A DNA stretch of 64,000 nt. Origin: Candidatus Latescibacterota bacterium (GTDB lineage: Bacteria > Latescibacterota > UBA2968 > UBA8231). The translations under genes were made by a program, and so were the position numbers. Shown here piece by piece: positions 48,148-56,916 of the stretch. The DNA lies in the NCBI GenBank assembly GCA_965261395.1, contig OZ253462.1, positions 3,008,001 through 3,072,000 on the forward strand, in the 5' to 3' direction. The notes under the pieces were generated by a model. The model made no database searches and was not told where the DNA came from. It saw only the letters and a list, made by a program, of their open reading frames with translations. Numbering within the stretch: the stretch's first letter is position 1; the number at the start of each line of letters is the position of its first letter.

Positions 48148-48927
48148 ATGGCGGATATCTTAAGCGAAATAGCCGAGTACAAGCGCGAGTTCGTCGCCGA
48201 CCGCCAGCGTCAGCGCAGTTTGGCCGATGTGCGCGCGCACGCCCGCGACACGCCCGCGCCAGCCGATTTTGCGGGTGCGTTGGCTGCGGACGGGATCGCG
48301 CTGATCGCCGAGGTGAAAAAAGCCTCGCCGTCCAAGGGCGTCATCCGCGCCGACTTCGACCCAGAGTGGATCGCCGATGCGTATGCCGCCAACGGCGCGC
48401 GCTGTCTTTCGGTATTGACGGACGAGGCGTATTTTCAGGGGTGTGATGCTTATGTACAGATGGCTAAAGAGGTTGCGGGCTTGCCGGTGTTGCGCAAGGA
48501 CTTCACCATCGACGAATACCAGCTCTACGAAGCCCGCGTCATCGGTGCCGATGCCATTTTGCTGATCGCAGCACTGATGGACTCCAGCCAGCTCGACGAC
48601 TACCTTGGCCTAGCTGGCGAGTTGGGGTTAGGCGCGCTGGTGGAAGTTCACGACGACGACGAGCTTTTGCGCGCCAAAGTAGCCGGGGCCGGCTTAGTGG
48701 GCATCAACAACCGCGACCTGCGAACTTTTGCGACGACTCTAGAAACCACTTTCGCTCTCTTGCCCCAAGTGCCCAAAGGCGCGGTCGTGGTCAGCGAGAG
48801 CGGAATTGGGGATCGCGGCGATGTGGAGCGGCTTGAGGCTGCGGGCGTCGATGCGATCTTGGTCGGCGAATCCCTGATGCGCGAAGCCGATATCGGGGCT
48901 AAAGTGAGGGAGTTACTAGGCACGTGA
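48148..48927 (+). CDS. trpC: Indole-3-glycerol phosphate synthase
   Basis: IAEVKKASPSKG, LSVLTD, LRKDF, GINNRDL, SESGI. Confidence 0.96.
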   Translation: MADILSEIAEYKREFVADRQRQRSLADVRAHARDTPAPADFAGALAADGIALIAEVKKASPSKGVIRADFDPEWIADAYAANGARCLSVLTDEAYFQGCDAYVQMAKEVAGLPVLRKDFTIDEYQLYEARVIGADAILLIAALMDSSQLDDYLGLAGELGLGALVEVHDDDELLRAKVAGAGLVGINNRDLRTFATTLETTFALLPQVPKGAVVVSESGIGDRGDVERLEAAGVDAILVGESLMREADIGAKVRELLGT

Positions 48928-49907
48928 AAAAACGAGTGTTTTCGGGCATTCAGCCTTCGGGCCATATCCATATCGGCAACTACATCGGGGCCGTCCGCAA
49001 TTGGTTGGCCAACCTAGAGGACCGCGACAACATCTTCTGCGTGGTCGATCAGCACGCGATCACCGGGCCCTACGACCCGGAGGCTTTGCGCCGTGGCACG
49101 CGTGAGGCCGTGGCCCTGTACATCGCCTGCGGCCTCGATCCACAAAAGTGCCACCTCTTCGTGCAGTCGCACATTCCGGCGCACACCGAGTTGGCGTGGC
49201 TTTTGACTTGTATCACGCCCATGGGCTGGCTGGAGCGGATGACTCAGTTCAAGGATCGGGTGGGTGCGCGGCGCGAGCGCGTCGGCACGGGGCTGTTCGT
49301 CTATCCGACGTTGATGGCCGCCGATATCCTGCTCTATCAGGCGCACGAGGTGCCCGTCGGCGACGACCAAAAACAGCACGTGGAACTGACGCGCGACATT
49401 GCCGAGCGCTTCAATCGTCAGTTCGGCGAGGTATTCACCGTGCCCGAGCCGGTCATTCCCACGGTTGGTGCGCGGATCATGGGGCTCGACGATCCGACTG
49501 CGAAAATGTCTAAGTCCGCCGAGGGTCGGTTTCACAGCGTCGGCTTGCTCGACGACCCGGATAAGGTGCGCAAGACGATCATGCGCGCGGTGACGGATTC
49601 GCAGCGGGACATTGTCTTCGATCCGCAGCGCCCCGGGCTTTACAACCTGCTGACGATCTATCAGTCGTTGACCGGCCTAGGGCACGCCGAGATCGAGGCA
49701 CATTTTGCCGGCAAGGGGTACGGAGACTTAAAAAAGGAACTGGCCGAAGTGGTCATCGCCGAGATCGAGCCGATCCAGACTCGCTATCGGGAGTTGACGG
49801 CGGATCCCGCATATATCGACGAGGTGCTCAGGCACAGCGTCGAGCAGTTGCGCCCGATCGCGGACGCGACCATGGACGCGGTCCGTCGGGCCATGGGACA
49901 TCGGTAA
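48924..49907 (+). CDS. trpS: Tryptophanyl-tRNA synthetase
   Basis: SGIQPSG, HIGN, YPTLMAADIL, VGDDQKQH, KMSKS. Confidence 0.97.
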   Translation: MKKRVFSGIQPSGHIHIGNYIGAVRNWLANLEDRDNIFCVVDQHAITGPYDPEALRRGTREAVALYIACGLDPQKCHLFVQSHIPAHTELAWLLTCITPMGWLERMTQFKDRVGARRERVGTGLFVYPTLMAADILLYQAHEVPVGDDQKQHVELTRDIAERFNRQFGEVFTVPEPVIPTVGARIMGLDDPTAKMSKSAEGRFHSVGLLDDPDKVRKTIMRAVTDSQRDIVFDPQRPGLYNLLTIYQSLTGLGHAEIEAHFAGKGYGDLKKELAEVVIAEIEPIQTRYRELTADPAYIDEVLRHSVEQLRPIADATMDAVRRAMGHR

Positions 49908-49917
49908 GGGAGAAACT

Positions 49918-50190
49918 GTGGAACTGAGTGACTGGCGCGAACGCATAGATAATATCGACCATCAACTGATTGATCTGCTCAACGAGCGCATGCAGTGCGC
50001 ACAAGAGGTCGGACGGATTAAAAAGGCTGCGGGAAAACCAATACGCGATCCCGAGCGTGAGCTCGATGTGATCGCCAAGATCAAAGCCTACAACCAAGGA
50101 CTCCAAGGGCTGGTTAAGGACGAGGCCCTAGAGGAACTCTACTGGCTGCTCATCGAACTGACCACCAACTTCGAGATCGAGGAGGATTAG
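49918..50190 (+). CDS. Chorismate mutase (AroQ type)
   Basis: R..ID.ID..LIDLLNER, IK, DPERE. Confidence 0.9.
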   Translation: MELSDWRERIDNIDHQLIDLLNERMQCAQEVGRIKKAAGKPIRDPERELDVIAKIKAYNQGLQGLVKDEALEELYWLLIELTTNFEIEED

Positions 50191-51287
50191 TCTTCTTCCG
50201 GCGGGCAGTCATCGTCGGCGTGGGCCTGATTGGCGGCTCGATAGGCTTGGCGCTCAAGCGCACCGGCTTTGGCGGGCGGCTTGTGGGCGTCAGTCGCCCC
50301 GCAACCATTGCCCGCGCGCTGGAGTTGGGCGTGGTGGACGAGGGCTGGGGTTACGACGAGCTGGAACGCGCGCTTAAAGGGGCCGACCTAGTCTTTATCT
50401 GCACCCCGATCAAGCGAATTCTCACGCTGATTGCAGAGGTGGGTCAGCTCGCCGAGCCGGGGACGTTGGTTACCGATGTGGGGAGCACCAAGCGGCGCAT
50501 CGTCGCGGCGGCCCAAGCCCATTTCAGCGACGAGGTGTACTTTGTCGGCGGCCACCCGATGGCCGGCTCCGAGAAGGCGGGCGTGGCCGCGGCCGATCCG
50601 TTCCTCTTCCAGAATGCGATCTATATTTTGGTCCCCGATCAGCAGGTGCCAGCCGACCGCTACCAAGCATTGACCGCGCTCTTGCGGCAGCTTGGAGCGC
50701 GGGTGATGGAACTAGACGCTGGGGCACACGACCGGGCGGTCGCCGCTATTAGCCACCTGCCGCAGATGTTGGCGACCTCGCTGGTGGGCATGGTCGGGCG
50801 GCTAAATGCCGAGCGCGATCACTTCCTGCCGCTGGCTGCTGGTGGTTTCCGCGATTTGACGCGGATTGCCTCCAGCCCGTTCGCGCCGGTGTGGGAGGAT
50901 ATCTGCGCGACCAATGCCGACGAGATCCGCGCGATGATTGACCGCTACATTGCCGCGCTCGCGGATGTGAGAGAGCGGCTGGAGGCAGCGGAGCTAAAGG
51001 CGGATTTCGATTTTGCCAATGAGATTCGGGGTTCCATCCCGAGGGATTCAAAGGGGTTTATCCACGTGCTGCACGAGATCTTGGTGCTCGCCGAGGACCG
51101 GCCGGGCGTCATCGCCGAGATCGGGCAGGCGCTGGGCGCGGAAGGGGTAAACATCAACGATATTGAGGTGATGAAGGTGCGCGAGGGCGAAGGAGGGACG
51201 CTGCGGCTGGGGTTTGACAGCGCGGAGAGCGCGGAGCACGCGCTGGGAATTTTGGCGCGGCTCGGGTATGTGGCACGGAGACCCTAG
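50190..51287 (+). CDS. tyrA: Prephenate/arogenate dehydrogenase with a C-terminal ACT domain; true start unresolved
   Basis: AVIVGVGLIGGS, TDVGSTK, GGHPMAGSE, HD...ISHLP, GFRDLTRIASS, DRPGVI. Confidence 0.9.
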   Translation, partial: VFFRRAVIVGVGLIGGSIGLALKRTGFGGRLVGVSRPATIARALELGVVDEGWGYDELERALKGADLVFICTPIKRILTLIAEVGQLAEPGTLVTDVGSTKRRIVAAAQAHFSDEVYFVGGHPMAGSEKAGVAAADPFLFQNAIYILVPDQQVPADRYQALTALLRQLGARVMELDAGAHDRAVAAISHLPQMLATSLVGMVGRLNAERDHFLPLAAGGFRDLTRIASSPFAPVWEDICATNADEIRAMIDRYIAALADVRERLEAAELKADFDFANEIRGSIPRDSKGFIHVLHEILVLAEDRPGVIAEIGQALGAEGVNINDIEVMKVREGEGGTLRLGFDSAESAEHALGILARLGYVARRP

Positions 51288-51290
51288 GCG

Positions 51291-52514
51291 ATGGAAGCAA
51301 TCGTAAGCCCAGCCAAGAAAATTGCCGGGCAAGTCTCGGTGCCCGGCGAGCGGGAGCCAGCCGCGCGCGCGCTCGTGTTGGCCGCGCTGAGCGAAGGAGA
51401 TAGCGTTGTCCGCAACGCGCCCATTGCCGCTGGCCGCGTGGTCGCTTTGTTGCGCGAGCTAGGTGTTGACATTGCCGAGCGCGCAGGCACCCATGAGGTG
51501 CGCGGCGTTGGGTTGCTGGGGTTTCAGCGCGTAGAGGCTCCACTCGACCTAGAAGGATTGGGGGATACCGTGCTGTTGTTGCTCCCCCTGCTCGCCGGAC
51601 AAACATTTCGTTCGCGGGTGAAGTTGGGAATGGAAGCCGAGCGGTGTCGGCCACTGCTCGACCTGCTGGCTCAGCTCGGGTTCGCCGTCGAACAGGAGAG
51701 TGCGGGCACCTTTGTAACCGGGGGTCAGCAGGCCAAAGGGTTCGTCCTCTCCGAGGTACCGCCGACCGACGCCCTAGCGCTGGGCTCGATGGTGGCCGCG
51801 CTCTTTGCCGAGGGGACGACTGCGCTGAAAGTCGGCAGCCGCGTGGAGCGGTTGTTGCGCGGGCGCGGGGTTGTCGTCGAGCGGCGCAAACTGCTGTCGG
51901 TAGAGGGCGGGCAGGCGTTACAGGCGACTGACGTAGAGGTGCCTGGGCAGCTCGCGTTGGCTTATCCGCTCATGGGGGCCGCGCTGTGCCGCAAGAGGTC
52001 GGAGCTAACCATCAGGCGCGTGGCCATTCGCCCTGGGCAGCGGGCCTTCTTGGATTTGCTGCGGCAGATTGGGGCACAGATCGCCGCGGAAGATCGCGGT
52101 CAAAACGAGTGCGATTTGCACGTGAGCGCCAGCCCGTTAAAGGCCACGCGCGTGGCTGGGGGGCGGGCAGCCAAAGTCGTCGACCAGATCGCGCTGCTAG
52201 CAGTCTTGACGACTCAGGCGACGGGGACGACGGTCATCCGCGATGTCGAAGGTGTGCCGCACGTGGAGCATTTGTGCGCCGCGCTGCGCTCGCTCGGTGC
52301 GCGGATTGGCCAGTTCCCGGAGGGGCTCGTCGTCAAAGGCGGCTTTCCGCTCCAGGGCGGTCAGCTCGACGGCAAGGGCGATCCCGGTTTAACCATGGCT
52401 TTTGCCGTGGCCGGGCTGTTGGCCGAAGGGGAGCTGACCATCCAAGGAAGCGAGTGCCTGACGCCCGTCTGGCCCGATTTTTTTAAGATCGTACAATCTA
52501 TTCGAGGAGATTGA
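51291..52514 (+). CDS. EPSP synthase (AroA)-fold protein with degenerate catalytic motifs
   Basis: Position in the aro cluster and overall pattern (G.V.VPG...RALVLAAL.EG; MAFAVAGL; WPDFF), but KS, GNSGT, SAQ, KExDR and DHR are absent. Confidence 0.75.
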   Translation: MEAIVSPAKKIAGQVSVPGEREPAARALVLAALSEGDSVVRNAPIAAGRVVALLRELGVDIAERAGTHEVRGVGLLGFQRVEAPLDLEGLGDTVLLLLPLLAGQTFRSRVKLGMEAERCRPLLDLLAQLGFAVEQESAGTFVTGGQQAKGFVLSEVPPTDALALGSMVAALFAEGTTALKVGSRVERLLRGRGVVVERRKLLSVEGGQALQATDVEVPGQLALAYPLMGAALCRKRSELTIRRVAIRPGQRAFLDLLRQIGAQIAAEDRGQNECDLHVSASPLKATRVAGGRAAKVVDQIALLAVLTTQATGTTVIRDVEGVPHVEHLCAALRSLGARIGQFPEGLVVKGGFPLQGGQLDGKGDPGLTMAFAVAGLLAEGELTIQGSECLTPVWPDFFKIVQSIRGD

Positions 52515-52516
52515 AT

Positions 52517-52669
52517 ATGAGAGGAATCTTTCGGCTTTTTGTGTGCTCGGCCGTGATGTTGTGCGGCGGCCTACTCGCCATTCGCCTGCTCTACGGAAAA
52601 TCGTGGCGCGAATCCTTCGAGATTGCCAACTGCTTCATTGAGGATTTGATTGAGGATTTGTTGGAGTGA
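52517..52669 (+). CDS. Small 50-aa single-TM protein, absent from the supplied ORF track
   Basis: SD GAGGAG at 52504; fills the gap exactly and overlaps the aroE start (GTGA); MRGIFRLFVCSAVMLCGGLLAIRLLYGKSWRESFEIANCFIEDLIEDLLE. Confidence 0.65.
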   Translation: MRGIFRLFVCSAVMLCGGLLAIRLLYGKSWRESFEIANCFIEDLIEDLLE

Positions 52670-53514
52670 TTTCCGGGACGACGCGGGTGCTCGGCGTCAT
52701 CGGCGATCCGGTCGCACACACGGCGTCGCCGGCTATGCACAACGCCGCGCTTAGGGCGCTGAATCTCAACTATGTGTACGCGGCGTTCCGCGTCGCTCCC
52801 GCAGCCTTGCCCCAAGCCCTAGCCGGAATGCGCGCGCTCGGCATGGTCGGACTGAATGTAACCGTGCCGCACAAACAGGGCGTCATGGCGCATCTCGACG
52901 AGATTTCCGCAGAGGCCCAAAGCATTGGAGCGGTCAATACTATTGCCAACCGCGATGGCCGGCTCGTTGGGTACAACACCGACGCCTTTGGGATCGTCCA
53001 AAGTCTCAAGGCCGATGGCGGCTTGGACCCGCTGCCGTCCAAGGTCGCGCTCCTCGGTGCAGGCGGCGCGGCGCGGGCCGTGCTCTACGCGCTGCTGGCG
53101 CGGGACGAGGTGGAGGAGGTGCTGCTGCTCAACCGCACGGTGGAAAAGGCCGCAGCCCTCGCTGGCGACCTCGACAGTGCTGGCAAGGTGCGGGTTGGGT
53201 CGCTGGCAGAGACCGGGCCGATTGGGGATGCTGGTTTGCTCATCAACGCCACGGCGCTGGGGATGCACCCCCGCGAAGACGTTTCGCCGCTGGCGGACCC
53301 GTCGTGCCTGCACGAGCGCATGCTGGTTGCCGACATTGTGTACAACCCGTTGGAGACCGTGCTCATGCGGCAGGCTGCTGCCGCTGGCGCGCCCGCGATT
53401 AACGGCTTGGGTATGCTCGCTTGGCAGGGAGCGCGCTCGTTTGAGATCTGGACGGGTGTCGAGCCGCCAGTCGAGGCGATGATTGCGGCCGCACTGGAGC
53501 ATTTCCCCGATTAG
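52666..53514 (+). CDS. aroE: Shikimate dehydrogenase
   Basis: HTASPAMHN, NVTVPHK, GAVNT, GYNTD, GAGGAAR, NRT, DIVYNP, GLGML. Confidence 0.95.
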   Translation: MISGTTRVLGVIGDPVAHTASPAMHNAALRALNLNYVYAAFRVAPAALPQALAGMRALGMVGLNVTVPHKQGVMAHLDEISAEAQSIGAVNTIANRDGRLVGYNTDAFGIVQSLKADGGLDPLPSKVALLGAGGAARAVLYALLARDEVEEVLLLNRTVEKAAALAGDLDSAGKVRVGSLAETGPIGDAGLLINATALGMHPREDVSPLADPSCLHERMLVADIVYNPLETVLMRQAAAAGAPAINGLGMLAWQGARSFEIWTGVEPPVEAMIAAALEHFPD

Positions 53515-53561
53515 ACCGTTGGTTGGATGGACGGAATAACGACAAACAACATAGATAACGC

Positions 53562-55277
53562 ATGATAACCGAATTATTAGAAACGCGCATCAGCGCGGCA
53601 CTGGCCCGAGCGGGCGCACCCGAGGATTCCCCGGCTCTCGTCGGTCCGGCCACTCGCCCGGAGTTCGGCGACTACCAAGCCAACGGCGTGATGGCCGCGG
53701 CCAAGAAGCTGAAGACCAACCCCCGCGTGCTCGCCACCCAAGTCGTGGAGGAACTGGATCTGGAGGACATGGCCGCGTCCGTAGATATCGCCGGCCCGGG
53801 CTTTATCAACATCCAGCTCAAAGGCGAGTGGCTGGCCGCTCAGCTAGGCAATGTGCTGACCGATCCGCGACTCGGCGTGCCCAAGGCCGCGCCGCAAAAG
53901 GTCGTAATCGACTACTCGCATCCCAACTTGGCCAAGGAAATGCACATCGGCCATCTGCGCAGCACGGTCATCGGCGACGCCATCGCCCGCGTCCTCAAAT
54001 TCTCGGGCCACGAGGTCGTACGCCACAATCACGTGGGCGACTGGGGGACGCAGTTTGGGATGCTCATCGCCCACTTGGACCAACTCGCGGACCCGGCCAC
54101 GGAATTGGCCGATCTAGAAATATTCTACCAATCGGCGCGTCAGCGCTTTGACCAGGACGCAGCCTTCGCCGACCTGTCGCGGGAATACGTGGTCAAGCTG
54201 CAAGGCGGCGATCCGCACGTGCTGCAGATGTGGCAGCAGTTCATCGACGAGTCGCTCGTCCACGGCCAGCGCGTGTACTCTACGCTAGGGGTCGGTCTTG
54301 AGCCCGAAGACGTGCGGGGCGAGAGCGCGTACAACGACGACTTACCTCGCGTGGTCGAGGATTTGCGAGCCAAGGGCCTGCTGGTGGAGTCCAACGGCGC
54401 GCAGTGCGTCTTTTTGGAGGAATTCAAAAACAAGGACGGCCAGATCACGCCGGTGATCGTGCAGAAGTCGGACGGCGGCTACCTCTATGCGACGAGCGAC
54501 CTCGCGGCCGTGCGCTATCGGGCCGGTGCGCTTGCTGCCGACCGCATCCTCTACATCGTCGATGCGCGCCAGTCTCTTCACTTGCAGCAGGTTTTCGCGG
54601 TGGCACGGGCGGCTGGGTACGCGCCCGCGACGACCGCTTTGGAGCACCACGCTTTTGGCGCGATTCTCGGCGCGGACAACCGGCCGTTCAGGACGCGAGT
54701 CGGCGGCACGGTCAAGCTGATGGATGTGTTGGAGGAAGGCGTGGAGCGGGCCTTTGCCCAAGTGAGCGAGAAAAACCCCGCGTTGGACGAGGCCGAACGG
54801 CGGCAGATCGCCCGCGTGGTTGGCATTGGCAGCGTCAAGTACATGGAGTTGTCGTTCAACCGCACCTCGGACTACGTGTTCGACTGGGACAAGATGCTGG
54901 CCCTCGACGGCAACACCGCTCCGTACATGCTCTACTCGTATGCTCGCATCAAGAGCATGTTTCGCCGCGCCGCCGTGGATGAAAGCGCGCTCGGCGGCGC
55001 GATAACGCTCGGCGAAAGGGCCGAGAGTGTACTCGCCATCAAGCTGTTGCAGTTTCCCGAGGTGGTCGCGGCCGTGGCCCACCAGTGCTATCCGCACTTG
55101 CTCTGTAACTATCTCTACGAGTTGTCCGACGCCTTTATGAAGTTCTACGAGCAGTGCCCGGTCCTCCGCGCGGACGAGCCGTTGCGCACGAGTCGGCTGC
55201 TGCTGGCGCTGCTGACCGCGCGCATCCTGCGCCAGGGTCTCGACCTGCTCGGCATTGAGACCCTTGAGAGAATGTGA
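53562..55277 (+). CDS. argS: Arginyl-tRNA synthetase
   Basis: FGDYQAN, AGPGFIN, PNLAKEMHIGHLRS, GDWGTQFG, GNTAPY. Confidence 0.97.
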   Translation: MITELLETRISAALARAGAPEDSPALVGPATRPEFGDYQANGVMAAAKKLKTNPRVLATQVVEELDLEDMAASVDIAGPGFINIQLKGEWLAAQLGNVLTDPRLGVPKAAPQKVVIDYSHPNLAKEMHIGHLRSTVIGDAIARVLKFSGHEVVRHNHVGDWGTQFGMLIAHLDQLADPATELADLEIFYQSARQRFDQDAAFADLSREYVVKLQGGDPHVLQMWQQFIDESLVHGQRVYSTLGVGLEPEDVRGESAYNDDLPRVVEDLRAKGLLVESNGAQCVFLEEFKNKDGQITPVIVQKSDGGYLYATSDLAAVRYRAGALAADRILYIVDARQSLHLQQVFAVARAAGYAPATTALEHHAFGAILGADNRPFRTRVGGTVKLMDVLEEGVERAFAQVSEKNPALDEAERRQIARVVGIGSVKYMELSFNRTSDYVFDWDKMLALDGNTAPYMLYSYARIKSMFRRAAVDESALGGAITLGERAESVLAIKLLQFPEVVAAVAHQCYPHLLCNYLYELSDAFMKFYEQCPVLRADEPLRTSRLLLALLTARILRQGLDLLGIETLERM

Positions 55278-55287
55278 GACTTGGGCC

Positions 55288-55821
55288 ATGACGAGGGGGC
55301 CGGTATTTCTGACTGGTTTTATGGGCGTGGGCAAGACTCGGGTCGGGCGCATTCTGGCGCGGCAGCTAGGGCGTTGCTTCTTGGACACCGACCGGATGGT
55401 TGAGCAGCGCGCCGGCAAGTCCATTGCGGAGATTTTCGCCGACGAAGGCGAGGCGCACTTCCGCCAGCTAGAGCGCGACTGCGTCCTCGAAACTTGTCAG
55501 CGCCTAGATGCCGTAGTGGCCTTGGGCGGTGGGGCGATCACCCGCGCCGACAACGTCGAGGCCGTGCGCTGCGCCGGCGTCTTGGTGTGCCTCAAGGCCG
55601 ACGTGGATACGATTTTTGCCCGAATCAGTCGGCGCACCAACCGGCCTCTGCTCGCCGGATTGGAGCCGAGGGAACAGCGCGCCAAAATAGAATCCCTGCT
55701 CCGCGCGCGCGCTCCTTTCTACGACCAAGCCCACATCGAACTGTACACCACGCAGACGCAGATGCCTGAGGATACGGCCGAGCAACTCCGCGACTTGCTG
55801 GAGAGCTATGCAAAGAATTGA
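55288..55821 (+). CDS. aroK: Shikimate kinase
   Basis: GFMGVGKT, DTD, GEAHFR, LGGG, RPLL, RAPFY. Confidence 0.95.
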   Translation: MTRGPVFLTGFMGVGKTRVGRILARQLGRCFLDTDRMVEQRAGKSIAEIFADEGEAHFRQLERDCVLETCQRLDAVVALGGGAITRADNVEAVRCAGVLVCLKADVDTIFARISRRTNRPLLAGLEPREQRAKIESLLRARAPFYDQAHIELYTTQTQMPEDTAEQLRDLLESYAKN

Positions 55822-56911
55822 CTTAGACATCACAGGGGCTGCATACCCCATCTTCGTCGGCCACGACATTCTCGGGGAACTGGGGCCGCGCTGCCGCGAC
55901 TTGGCCTTGGGCCGGCAGGTCGCGCTGGTGAGCGACGAGATCGTGGCGGCGCGCTATCTGCAACCTGCGGCCGCGAGCTTGCGCGCCGCTGGATTCGAGG
56001 TGTTGGAGATTGTCTATGCCGGGGGCGAGAGTGCCAAGAACTTGCTCGGGGCCGAGGGGATTTTCGCGCAGATGATCGCGGCCGAGTTCGACCGCGGCGC
56101 TTGGGTGGTGGCCCTCGGTGGGGGCGTAGTCGGCGACATGGCGGGCTTTGTGGCCTCTACTTATTTGCGCGGCGTGCCCTATGTGCAGGTGCCTACGACC
56201 ATTGTCTCGCAGGTAGATTCGAGCATCGGCGGCAAGACTGGGGTCAACCACGCGCTGGGCAAAAATCTGATCGGCACCTTTCACCAGCCGCGCTTGGTCT
56301 TGGCCGACACCAACGCGCTGCACTCGCTGCCGAGGCGGGAGCGGGTCGCGGGCATGGCCGAGGTGGTCAAACACGGGCTGATCCGCGACGCCGCGCTCTT
56401 CGCCTTTTTGGAGGAGCACTTGGAGGAAGTCGTGGATATGGCGCTAGCGCCGGAGACCTTGGACTGGCTGATCGGCCGCAATGTCGAGATCAAGGCCGAG
56501 GTGGTGGCTGCCGACGAGAAGGAGCACGGCTTGCGGGCCATCCTCAATTACGGGCACACCATTGGGCACGCGATTGAGGCAGCCACGGACTATGGCCGCT
56601 ACCGGCACGGGGAGGCGATAATTTTTGGCTTGATTGCCGCGGGCGAAATCGCCTGCCGCGAGGGTTTGTGGCCTGAAGCGGAAAGGCAGCGGCAGGACGC
56701 GTTGCTGGCGAGGTTGGGGGTGCCCGGAGGATTGGCCGAGGTGGATACGGAGCGGATTTTGGTCTGTGCCAAGGCCGACAAGAAGCGAGTGGATGGGCGG
56801 CTGCGGTTCGTGCTGGGTCGGCGGATCGGGGAGGTGGAGGTCGTGGAAGGAATAACCGATGCGATGGTGCGGTCGGCCATTGAATACGCGCAGCGCTTTT
56901 GCGAGGGATGA
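55808..56911 (+). CDS. aroB: 3-dehydroquinate synthase
   Basis: GGGVVGDMAGF, VPTT, DSSIGGKTG, KNLIG, EVVK, LNYGHTIGH, HGEA. Confidence 0.96.
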   Translation: MQRIDLDITGAAYPIFVGHDILGELGPRCRDLALGRQVALVSDEIVAARYLQPAAASLRAAGFEVLEIVYAGGESAKNLLGAEGIFAQMIAAEFDRGAWVVALGGGVVGDMAGFVASTYLRGVPYVQVPTTIVSQVDSSIGGKTGVNHALGKNLIGTFHQPRLVLADTNALHSLPRRERVAGMAEVVKHGLIRDAALFAFLEEHLEEVVDMALAPETLDWLIGRNVEIKAEVVAADEKEHGLRAILNYGHTIGHAIEAATDYGRYRHGEAIIFGLIAAGEIACREGLWPEAERQRQDALLARLGVPGGLAEVDTERILVCAKADKKRVDGRLRFVLGRRIGEVEVVEGITDAMVRSAIEYAQRFCEG

Positions 56912-56916
56912 GATAA

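Noticed and set aside
54342-55424. Long antisense ORFs (this one, 33255-34097, 25004-25795 and others)
   Set aside because: Shadow frames of well-supported genes, expected at high GC, with no recognisable motifs
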